Program-made: the position numbers and the translations under genes
Assembly: GCF_964213995.1 (NCBI RefSeq)
Contig: NW_027590144.1
Span: forward strand, 806,001 to 870,000
Length of the DNA: 64,000 bases
DNA from: Mustelus asterias
Taxonomy: Eukaryota
Direction of reading: 5' to 3'
In this document: in pieces, positions 12,180 through 23,100 of the stretch
Layout: the number at the start of each line of letters is the position of its first letter
Numbering within the stretch: position 1 is the first letter of the stretch
Notes under the pieces: model-generated
What the model was told of the DNA's origin: nothing
What the model saw: the letters and a program-made list of their open reading frames with translations, nothing else
Databases searched by the model: none

Positions 12180-13282
12180 ATACCAACGTACGTACTTGAT
12201 GCAGCTCCGATTTACTGGTAGAGCAACTAAACTCGTCCGGCAAGCCCGTCAGTTGCTCACTTTAACCAAAAGAGAAAACTCTGGAAAATCACATTATGTC
12301 TGGCAGCATCTGTAGAAGAGAAAAGAGTTGACGTTTCGGTCCGGATGACCCTTTGTCAAAGTTTTCTGTGACACATTTGCTTTCAGACTCCAGCATCCAC
12401 AGTAATTTGCTTTTATCCAGTTGCTCACTCTCTGCTGGTTCCTCGAATCAAAATGAATGATGATTCATTCGACTGCATTACATTTTAGTGATCACATGTT
12501 CGACCAAAGCTGTTCATAACGTTTATAGTAATTTAAGTGAAAATCGAACAGTGGGAGAATGTGATCCCCCTCCTTCATAAATATCATATCCTAAATTTAG
12601 TGTCTCAGATTTCCCATCAAGGACACCAGCAGAAGTCATTGCTGTCAGAGCTGGTATTGGCAATGAACCAAATGAATGGAATTGGATGAGATCACATGTC
12701 CCATTGAGTCTCCTCCCCCACTTTAAATCAAATCCGAGCTCAACAACTGCCTCATTTCAGGAATCAATTCAGTTAAATTTGGTTCCACACAGAGAGGGAG
12801 AGAAGAGAAGGAACAAAAACAAAAAAGGGGAATGGTTAGTTAGACTGAGAGAGGGAAGGACTGAGGCAGATCTACAGAGAGAAAAGAAAAAGAGCAAGAA
12901 TGGGGTAGACACTGAACAGAACAGATACACTTCACTGTTCCATACCGTTTCAAGAAAAAAAAAACTTGAAGGCATTGGAAAGAGCAAATGCTACGGCCCT
13001 GAAAAATATTCTGGCAATGGTGCTGAAGAATTGCGCTTCAGAATTTGCCGCAGCTTCAGCTAAGCTGTTCCTAAACTACAACACTGGCATCAACCGCCAA
13101 TGCTACAACTTGCCCAAGATTGCCCGGTTTACAATCATCAGGTCAAATCCAATGCCCCACATTACTACCAGTCTACTCTTGATCATCAGTAATGTGACGG
13201 AAGGGGCAATAAACAATGGTATCAAGAGGCATTCCAATGCAAACTGGAGGAACATCCCCCGATGTCACGATTCGGATCTTAC

Positions 13283-13850
13283 TGCATTCCAGACTTAACA
13301 CTGAGTTCAACAACGTCAGAGCATCTCCTTTCCTCCATCTTCACCCCATTTCCATTTATTTTGTTTTATTTAATTTGATTCTAATTATTTTTATTAATTA
13401 ATATTTTTTCTTTTATATCGATATTTATTTTTTGAGTTCCATGTTTTGCACTGTTTATTTAAATCTCACTTTCCATCTTGTTGTCCCCTCTCCCTCCATC
13501 CCGCTCGGGCCAAATCCTACATTTCCTTTGTTCTGCCATTTGCACATTCTGATCTCGAAATGCGCAGCCTGCAGCACCCTTCTCAGCCATGGTCACCACC
13601 ATTTAATTTGCCTTTTTGTTTTTCTTGATTGATATGTGACACCTTTGCCACCAACCCCTCACCCATATCCCTCACCATTACAGTATAAATCTCGTCCACG
13701 TTTCTTTGTCTTCAGCTCTGACGAAGGTCATCCTGACTTTGAACGTTAGCTCTATTCTCTCTTCACAGAGGCTTTCAGACCTGTTGAGATTTTCTGGCAT
13801 TTTTTGACCTTGTTTCAGATTCCAGCATCCGCAGGAAATTTGTTTATATC
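13283..13850 (+). mobile_element. Penelope-like element 3' end/pLTR remnant with degenerate hammerhead motif
   Basis: cttaacactgagttcaacaac (LNTEFNN, end of a PLE ORF), a pyrimidine-rich tract, then agctCTGACGAaggtcatcctgactttgaacgttagct. Confidence 0.6.
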
Positions 13851-13964
13851 AAGAGGCTCTTGTCAGACGGATTTGTCCCTGGAATACAAAAAAGCCCCGC
13901 TGAAATTGAAAAAAATGCGCCAAGTTACCATAGATAGGCGAGATTAAAACCATTGCAGGCAGCT

Positions 13965-14035
13965 TTCCTGGTGGTCAATGGTTAGGATTTGTTGTTTTCA
14001 CCACTGCGGCCCGAGTTCGATTCCCGGTCAGAGAA
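13965..14035 (+). pseudogene. tRNA-Glu(TTC)-like pseudogene
   Basis: ttcctggtggtcaatggttaggatt..tttcaccactgcggcccgagttcgattcccggtcagagaa. Confidence 0.75.
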
Positions 14036-14242
14036 TGACAATTTATTGTTTTCTTACAGAACATGATGTAAGTGGAGTTGGAATTACTTCTTGATCGAAA
14101 GCATGAGTGATATTCCTGCCAGTTTCAAAAGCAGAGAGAAAAATCCGCCCCATTCCACAAACTCGTCAATTACCTGCAGCAATTTATATTTGCATCGCTT
14201 CTTTTGGTTCCTCCAGTCAAAATGAATAATGATACATTCTTG

Positions 14243-14540
14243 TAGAATCCCTACAGTACAGAAGGAGGCCGTTTGGCCCATCGGGTCCGCACTGACATCA
14301 ATCCCACCCACGCCCTATTCCCGGAAACCCGCATATTTACCCTGATAATCCCGCTGACAGGCGGGTCAATTTAGCATGGCCAAGCAACCGAAATCGCACA
14401 TCTTTGGAAAGGAAACCGGAGCACACGGAGGAGACCCACGCAGACAAGGTGCAAACTCCGCACAGGCAGTGACCTGAGGAATTTAACCTGAGCCAATGGC
14501 GCTGTGACGCATCATTGCTAACCACTGTGCCACCATGCCG
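14243..14540 (-). mobile_element. HE1-type V-SINE
   Basis: Full head, V-domain and CR1-like tail (reverse complement ...gcctccttctgtactgtagggattcta). Confidence 0.85.
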
Positions 14541-14870
14541 TCCTTTTCTACTGCATTTAATTTTACTGCAGTGTTAGTATCAACCTGCGATAAACCGTCT
14601 TGTGGCAATTCTGCTGAACAACATTAACTTATCACTGTTAATGGACATGGGTTCCAACCCCAAGTTGGGCGCCACTGTTTTTAAACTTTGCTGCTTTTCT
14701 GGGTGAAATCCAGCTCTCCATTTCTCCGGCAGCGTCAACGCTCAAACTGACACCAGATGACAGTACAGCCGGTAAAACTTGAGAGCTATTTTTACTGACG
14801 CCCACGGACCCATTGCCAACCCGCAACTGTTTGCTTTTGAAGGATCATGGTAAGGAAACAGTACTAGCTC

Positions 14871-14957
14871 CGTCCCTGGGTGGTCTGGACCCACCAACCT
14901 TTCGGTTAACAGCCGAGCGCGCTGACCAATTGACCAATTACTGAGCTCCACAGGGAC
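14871..14957 (-). pseudogene. tRNA-Asn(GTT) pseudogene with D-arm duplication
   Basis: cgtccctgggtgg..ccaccaacctttcggttaacagccga.. is the reverse complement of tRNA-Asn; tgaccaat is duplicated in tandem. Confidence 0.8.
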
Positions 14958-15892
14958 TGATACAGCAGCTGTTAACAATTTTTCAATCCAGGGTGTCAAT
15001 GATCACAATTCTATTTCTGCAAAACATGTTCCAAAACCACAGCATGACCGCACCGTTTACAAGTCTACACAAGTCTCTTTGTTTATTTCGATCCCGTCGT
15101 ATTGCTGTGATGTAGCGGTTATTCACTTTCTCCTATGAACGTGCAGCTAAAATGAATCCATGTCTCTGGTCAGAGGGAGGAATTCAACGGGAGGGAAGGG
15201 AACTGACCACCAGCAGCCCAAGGATCCAATAATTTCGATACAATCATCAATAACACCATTCACAACTGCACCTCCTTCCAATATTTTGTTCCGTTTCCCT
15301 CAGGATTTGTTCCAAAATTTAATATTTTCCTTGTTTTCTCCTCATTTTGAAATGACAGGCGCTTCAATATACAACACAAACACAACCTGACGGACAAACA
15401 ATGGGAGACAGGTCTCTGGGTAACACAAGTCCCATGGTGCTCATTTTCAGATTCACAGCAGTCAGATTTTCAGTCAAATGAAGAAATTTATCACTGAAAC
15501 CTTTTGGAAAGTTGCTGTAAATGTTGTTTGTGACTCGCTCGCGTATTGTGCAAACGCTACTCGAATGTTCAGTGAGTGGGCGATAATCTAGCTGAGATTT
15601 GATGAGTCTCTGATCGGTATATTGTGACGTTTTACCTGGGCTGGAGTGTTCTGTGTCCCTGGGATGGGCAGTAACCCCCTGATTGAAGCTGCAGTTGCCA
15701 CTTATCACTTTCTGCTGTCAGTGGGCGATTGGAGAGTGCGGGGTAAGATCCTGCTGCCTGTCCCTCTCTTAGTCATTGTGGAAGAGAGAATTTTTGATGG
15801 GTTTGTTCCTCTCTCTGAAATGCGGCGTCAAATGACTGCTTTTTATGGAGGTGACGCCTTTAATATTCTGACACAAATCCGTACGGCGCAGT

Positions 15893-15987
15893 GCCCCAGT
15901 GGCGCAATCGGTTAGCGCCTGGTATTTATACAGCAGTGCGTCCTGCGGGCTATGCCGAGGTTGTAAATTCGAGCCTCATCTAAGGCG
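15893..15987 (+). pseudogene. Intron-containing tRNA-Ile(TAT) pseudogene
   Basis: gccccagtggcgcaatcggttagcgc..ggtatttata [intron 15931-15951] atgccgaggttgt..ttcgagcctca; mismatches in acceptor and T stems. Confidence 0.8.
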
Positions 15988-16019
15988 CAAATGCTTTAGG
16001 TGGGACGAGTTATCGCTCG

Positions 16020-16229
16020 ACCAGCTAACATTCTGGGGACCGCCAGGACAGCTGGTGGGATTTGAATACAATACGAAAAATCTGGAATTGAGAATCCATT
16101 GATGACCGTGAAAATAACAATACTAGCGAGCTAACGATCATGAACGCACTGATTTTCGACAGCGCCGTGTATTTCTGTGCCATGGAGCCCACGCTGCTAC
16201 AGGGATATATCGAACGCGGTACAAAAACC
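16020..16229 (+). pseudogene. TRAV: TCR alpha/delta V segment 3' fragment with RSS
   Basis: ..NNTSELTIMNALIFDSAVYFCAMEP, then CACGCTG (16190-16196), 24-nt spacer, ACAAAAACC (16221-16229); degenerate FR2 (FW..PGQ..FEY); no FR1 or leader. Confidence 0.75.
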
Positions 16230-16236
16230 CCACACA

Positions 16237-16269
16237 GGCAGTTCCAGTTATTACCCAGCAGGGTGCGCT
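16237..16269 (+). promoter_or_regulatory. Candidate CTCF-binding element next to the RSS
   Basis: GGCAGTTCC upstream-like motif plus core CCAGCAGGGTGCGCT (one mismatch to CCAGCAGGGGGCGCT). Confidence 0.5.
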
Positions 16270-16407
16270 CACACACGAGCGGCTAATTCAGTTTCCACAG
16301 AGTGACGGAGATTCTCAACATTGCAACACAAAAACAACACTCCAAAACTGCAACGGGTGTGGTCCAGTTACACAGTTATATTAATTAATGATCGTAACTT
16401 ACAGTTG

Positions 16408-16550
16408 TAGAATCATAGAATCCCTACAGTGCAGAAGAAGGCCATTCAGTCCATCGAGTTTGCGCCGACCACAAACCAACCCAGGCCCTTTCCCGTAACC
16501 CCACTGATCCCCCTTACACGAGGGTTAATTTAGCATGTCAAATGAACCTA
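16408..16550 (-). mobile_element. HE1 SINE 3' fragment
   Basis: tagaatcatagaatccctacagtgcagaagaaggccattc tail. Confidence 0.75.
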
Positions 16551-17691
16551 ATTGATATAAGATTGTTCAATCGATCTGAGATACATTAAATGGTTTTCCA
16601 CACCTTTCTCTGCCTATTTGTTCCTGACTGCTCTTGTCTTTACTGATTTATGAAAATTATGCCCATTTCCATTCCCAGTCTTAAACGCAAACATTGAATG
16701 CTTTTTTTGTTACCTTGTACATTAATTCAGAACCTCTCCAATCTGCTACTCAGCTATTCGGTCCCGCTTTCCATCCACATGACTGGTGAAGATTTCGCGT
16801 TGTATTGAATCATTTACAAACCCTAACACTCTTGTTGCGAACCTACCGGTCCGCAGTATGGAATGAAAATTGAGCTGCCGCTCTTACAGAGAGGGAGAAT
16901 TATAGAATTTCCAACGTGACGTTGCTATTGAGCTCAGCTCTTTGCAGATAAATCCTACCTGTGACCACGCTGCCGATGGCAGCTCCCACCCACAGCTTTC
17001 CTGTGCTGTTCTAACTCTGATCAGCCTCACATGTGCTGTTTTGTTAGAGATTTTATTGTAGATATTCAGCTTTGCTGCTTTATCCTGTTTGGCACTCTTT
17101 GGATCAGCACTCCAATGGGGGGGGGGGGGGGGGGGCAAGTTTTCTTCCACTCTGAAAGAGGATTTCACACACTGCAGAGTTTCAAATTGAGGGAACATCA
17201 TAAGGAAATATCTCAGACCATTCATTATTCTATCACGTCTTATCAAGTAGATGTCCCAACTAAAAAAAAATCATCCTCTCCCGCACCACTCCTGCTATCC
17301 CAAACATGATTAATAACAAACTGCTTCTCATGTTGCTGTAAGGATGGACATTGTCATTCTCCAGGTCAGAACAGAGCCATCAAGAGTCGGGATCAGTCTG
17401 TTGCTGGAATGCAGTTGAAGAGGAAAGTAATCCCCTTTCGTTTGATGTCCAAATTCCCTTTGCTCCTTTCATCTCTCCGCCAATAGGATGAATTGCAGAT
17501 AAAGGAGCTGCGAGATCATTGGTGCATTGAAGAACAAAAGAACAAGAAGCCGATAGGATGTCATCTGATGACGTTTTCAGTAAATCAGTAAACAGTGACC
17601 TGGATGTGACTCAACTTCTTCCCAACACTTGACTAAAACAATTTCAGCTTCAACCCCCTCTGGTCAAATCCGCCGCGAGCTCTCTGCAAAC

Positions 17692-18558
17692 ATGTCTCCT
17701 GTTACTCTGTATTTATTCCTCACAGTGGCAGCTCTTTTAACCGGTAAATTCACAAGTTGCTCAACTCTGTGTTACACATCGTAACCACTCAGTATATTCT
17801 GCCGGGCAGTTCGCTCACTGCAAGGGGGAGGGATTAGGTTAATGTCCCCCTGGGAATGAGAGAGAATGAGTTGGGCTGAGATTCAAGCTCCTCTGATACC
17901 AGTAAATGACTTTGGCAAACATCAAACTTCAAACACACAAACAGTGAGCAGTTTCCAATTATAGGGACTGAAGGTGAGGACCTGACCTCGTTAGAAAGAA
18001 TAGAATATTTACGATGGAAGTTTTATTTAATTACCACAAGCACCTCCCGCTCCAGCCGCTGAACTGTGTTATTTCTCTCTGCGGTTATTGTTCAAGCTGA
18101 CGGCTGATTCAGTTTTTTTGGGCGGTGGGAGGGGGCGTGGGGGGGGGGGGGGCGGCGGGGGTGATGGTATGGGGACACAATGAAGTCTTTTTATTTAGTT
18201 TAATATTTCTTTGGGTTCATACAGAACATTGTGGAGGAGATTCTGTTTCACAGGCACCGGCAGCGGTCACAGTCACTGAAGGAGATGATGTTCAGTTGTT
18301 CGGTAATTAATTCAACTTCAAGCAACACTCCTTACTTATTCTGGTCCGTCCGTAATCTTGTGGCTCCTTGGAGTATCTACTGTTGAGATATAGATACAGC
18401 GAGGACACACAGAGATCGCCAGGGGACCGATTTTCACCGGAGCTCAATGATACTGTCCCGCTGAAAGTTTCTAAAACAGAGCTGGCAGACTCCGGGGTGT
18501 ATTACTGCGCACTGAGTCCCAGAGATACACAGAGCAGGGCTGAACCGGTACAAAGACT
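17692..18558 (+). pseudogene. TRAV: TCR alpha V pseudogene (leader exon, V exon, degenerate 23-RSS)
   Basis: Leader 17692-17743 MSPVTLYLFLTVAALLT/GT. V exon from 18225: GDSVSQAPAAVTVTEGDDVQLF, first Cys lost, stop and frameshifts, ..YLFW..LEYLL..RFS..ADSGVYYCALSP. RSS CAGAGAT-23-ACAAAGACT. Confidence 0.85.
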
Positions 18559-19504
18559 CTCAGAATCTCACTCAAAATAGCAGAGCGTTCGGCAAACGTT
18601 GTGAACAGCGTGAGTCTGAAATGGAAACTGAAATCGTGGTGATTTCTCAAACTTTTAATTCTGGAATATGCTTTCATTAATAATAAATATATGACAAGAA
18701 TAACGAAATGGCGACAGTTTAAAGAATTTACGTTAGAATATATGTAGAGTTTGATGTCCCAAAGTGTTTCCTCGTCACGGTGGAAAACACAGCAGGCAAT
18801 TTGCACTCAGCATATCATTTCATCCAGTAATATTGCAGTGTTCTGTCTGTTTCAGTGATTGTGATTGATGAACAGATATCAAACAGCACATTTCACCTTG
18901 TCTTCTTGGAAACAATGGCCATGCGATGCATCACGTCCACCTGAGAAGGAAGACCGTGTCCTCGATTTAACAGGTCACCGAGAGGCTGGCAGCTCTGACG
19001 GTGCAGCATTTCCTGACCACTGCACTGTCTCCTCGGTAAGATCCCGGAGTGTTTTTCCTGACTGACTCCCGGTGTCCTGTGGAACGGAAAGAATCTCTGA
19101 CCCGACTGGGGACGAAATCTTCAAAATTCCAGGAGGTCGCGACCGCTCACTCACCCAATCCGGGAAAAAAATTGAAATAGAAACAATAAAATTAAAAATT
19201 AAGTTCACGGTGCCCCATAAAAACAGGAGGACAACGAATTTAGCTTCTAGAATCAAATTTCACTCGAAAACAACAACTCTTTTACTTTTATTGCGGCTTT
19301 TACAGATTCCATATGCCCCAAAACACTTTCTAACTGCCGGAAGCTCATTACCAGTGTAGTCACTGCTGTTATGTTAGAAACTTTATTAACGCAGAGAGCA
19401 GTGGGAATGTTTAATTATCTCACAGAAAGGACTGTCATTCTGACCCAAGAGTAAAGGAATTTCCGGGTTACTTCGATCTTGTCACAAACAGTAACCAAAT
19501 GGAT

Positions 19505-19547
19505 ACCTCTTTCTCTTTCTCTCTCTCTGTCTCTCTCTCTCTCTCTT
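19505..19547. repeat. (CT)n microsatellite
   Basis: Direct reading. Confidence 0.85.
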
Positions 19548-20081
19548 TATGCTACACTGAGGACCGACGTTGATTAGTAGCACTGTGCTAAACGTCTTAT
19601 TCATACTACCCAGTGACATTGGAATACACTGATTGATAAAAGTCAATCTGAAAGACTGCTGCTCCACTCTTCACATCTTCCAGACTTTTCCATTGGATTG
19701 GTCAATGAACTTGCCTGACAAAGTACCGCAGTAGTTTCCATTACCTCTGCAGTATTACCGATCGGGAAACGCGCCCACTCTTACCACCTTTCATGAGGTA
19801 GATTGGAAGAGTTTCCAAGCTGATCATCAACCTGTGAATCGGAAAAGGATCACACTTTCTACAGACATAAGACCCTGAAGTGGGATTGGAACCCCAAGCT
19901 TCTGGTCCAGAAGGTATGGTTCTGTGTCGATGCTTCGATAATTCACATAGACGCTCTTGTCCTGAATAAAATGTGGTTTGTGGTGGTGTCGCGACGCCCA
20001 GGTATTTCCCGTACTCCAGCCGTCACCTGTAACAGCGGTGAAGTGGCGGATCTGAAAGTTTTGTTCTCAGATGTCATGGAA

Positions 20082-20094
20082 CGCCATCTAGTGG
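20082..20094 (-). promoter_or_regulatory. Candidate CTCF core motif
   Basis: Reverse complement CCACTAGATGGCG fits the canonical CTCF core. Confidence 0.45.
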
Positions 20095-20104
20095 AATCTT
20101 ATAC

Positions 20105-23100
20105 CATAAGACCATAAGACCGAGAAGCAGAACTAGGCCCATCGAGTCTGCTCCGCCATTCAATCATGGCGGATATTTTTCTCATCCCCATTCTCCTGCC
20201 TTTTCCGCATAACCCCGATCCCCTTATTAATTAATAACCTATCTTTCTCTGCCTTTAAGACACTCAATGACGTGGCCTCCACAGCCTTCTGCGGCAAAGA
20301 GTTCTGCAGATTCACGACTATCTGGCTGAAGAAATTCCTCCTCACCTCTGTTTTAAAGGATCGCCCCTTTAGCCTGATGTGGTGCCCTCTGGTTCTAGGT
20401 TTTCCTACTACAGGAATCATCCTCTCCACGTCCACTCTACCCAGGCCTCGCAGAATCTTATAAGTTTCAATAAAATCCCCCCTCATTCTTCTAAACTCCA
20501 ACGAGTACAGACTCAGAGTCCTCAACCGTTCCTCATACGACAAGCTCTTCATTCCAGGGATCACTCTTGTGAACCTCCTCTGGACCCTTTCCAAGGCCAG
20601 CACATCCTGGATATAAATTGTTCCATTGGTAAGACACAGCATGGGTTCATGAAGGGCAGGTCATGTTTGACTAATTTGCTGGAATTCTTTGAGAACATTA
20701 CATGCACAGTGGACAATGGGGAGTCTGTGGATGTGGTGTATCTGGATTTTCAGAAGGCGTTTGACAGGGAGCCGCACCAAAGACTGCTGCATCAGATAAA
20801 GGTGCAAGGTGTTACGGGCAATGTATTGGCATGGATAGAGGATTGGTTAATGAACAGAAAGCAAAGAGTGGGTGTGAATGGGAGTTTTTCTTTTGGTGAT
20901 CAGTGAATAGTGGTGTGCCTCAGGGTTCAAATTGGGACAGCAATTGTTTACGATTTATATCGATGATTTGGAGTTGGGGACCAAGTGTAGTGTCACAATT
21001 CGCAGATGATTTTAAGATGAGTGGCAGGGTAAAGTTTGCAAAGGACGCTGAAAACCTGCAAAGGGATATAAATAGTCTAAGTGAATGGGCGAGGGTCTGG
21101 CAGATGGAGAACAATGTTGGTAAATGTGAGGTGATCCATTTTGGTAGGAGTAATAGCAAAATGGGCTATTATATAAATGGTAAAAAAATTGCAGTATGCT
21201 GCTCTACAAAGGGACCTGGATGTCCTTGTGCAAGAATCACAAGGAGTTGGTTTGCAGGTGCAGCAGGTAATTAAGAAGGCAAATGGAATTCTGTCCTTTA
21301 TTGCGAGATGGATGGAGTTAAAAACAGCGAGGTTATGTTGCAGCTGTATAGGGTGCTGGTGAGGGCACATCTGGAGTAGTGTGTAGAGTTTTGGTCTCCT
21401 TACTTGTGAAAGGATATACTGGCACTGGAGGGGGGTGCAGATGAGATTCACTGGATTGATTCCGGAGTTCAGAGGTTTGGCTTACGAGGAGAGACTGAGT
21501 AGACTGGGGATATACTCATTGGAATTCAGAAGAATGATGGGAGATCTTACAGAAACATATAAGATTAATAAGGGAGTAGATAAGATAGAAGTAGGGACGT
21601 TGTTTCCACTGGTGTGTGAAACTAGAACTAGGGGGCATGGCCTCAAAATTAGAGAGAGCAGATTTAGGATTGAGTTGAGGAGGATCTTCTTCACACAAAG
21701 GATTGTGAATCTGTGGAATCCCCTGCCGAGTGAAGTAGTTGAGGCTACCTCATTGAATGTTTTTAAGAAAAGGATAGATAAATTTGTGAACAGTAAAGAA
21801 ATTAATGGTTATGGTGAGCGGGCGGGTAAGTGGAGCTGAGTCCAAGAAAAGATCAGCCCTGACCTTATTGAATGGCGGAGCAGGCGCGAGGGGCACGATG
21901 ACCGACTCCTGCTCCTAGTTCTTATCTTCTTATCCTTCCTTAGATATGGGGCCCAAAACTGCTCAGAATACTCTAAATAAGTTCTGACCACAGCCTTATA
22001 CAGCCTCAGAAGTACATCACTGCTCTTGTGTTCTAACCCTCTCGAAATGAATGCCAATTGCAAATGCCTTCGTAACTGCCGACTGAACCTGCAAGTTAAC
22101 CTCAAGAGAATCTTGAACAATGACTCCCAAGCTCCTTTGTGTTTCTGTTTTCCTGAGCATTTTCTCATTTAGAAAAAAAACTATGCCTCCATTCCTCCTT
22201 CCAAAGTGCATAACCTCATACGTTTCGACATTGTATTCCATCTGTCACTTCTTTGCCCACTCCCCTAACCTGTCCAAGTCCTTCTGCAGCCCCCATGCTT
22301 CCTCAATACTACCTGTCCCTCTACGTATCTTTATACCACCTGCAAACTTAGTAACACTGCCTTCAGCTCCTTCCTCCAAATCGTTGATGTATTTCATGAA
22401 AAGTTGTGGTCACAGCACTGACCCCTGAGGCACACCACCAGTCAACGGTTGCCATCCTGAGAAAGACACATTTATCCCCACTCTCTGCCTCTGCCAGTCA
22501 TCCAATCCTCTATCCATGCCAGGATCTTACGCTGAACACCATGGGCTTATAAGTAACTTATAAGTTACTTAACTTATTTACCATTCTCCTATGCGGCACC
22601 TTGTCAAAGGCCTTCTAGATATCTAAATAAATCATGTCCATTTGCTCTCCTTTATCTAACTTCCTTGTTACCGCCTCAAAGATCTCTAACAGATTTGACA
22701 GACAAGGCCACCCCTTGACAAACTGTGCTGATTCAGTCCTACTCTATCATGCATCCAAGTACTCCACGATCTCATCTTTAATAATGGACTCTAAAATCTT
22801 GCCAGTGCCCGAAGTGATGCTAACCGGCCAATAATTTCCCGCCTGCTGCCTCCCACCCTTCGTAAACAGCGGTGTTACATTAGCTACTTTCCAGTTCTCT
22901 GGTACCCTCCCTACCTCCAGTGATTCCTGAAAGATCACCACCAATGTCTCCACAATTTCCTCAGCCATCTCTTTTAGAACCCTGGGGTGTAGTCCACCCG
23001 GTCCTGGTGATTTATCCACCTTCATACCTTTTCATTTTCCGCAGAACCTTCTCCTTAGAGATGGCCACTACATTCACCTGTGCCCGCTGACTCTCCTGGA

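Noticed and set aside
17117-18165. Poly-G and G-rich runs as functional G-quadruplexes
   Set aside because: Similar G/C homopolymer expansions also occur in dead repeats (~23473, ~24575, ~37200, ~47225), so they look like generic slippage
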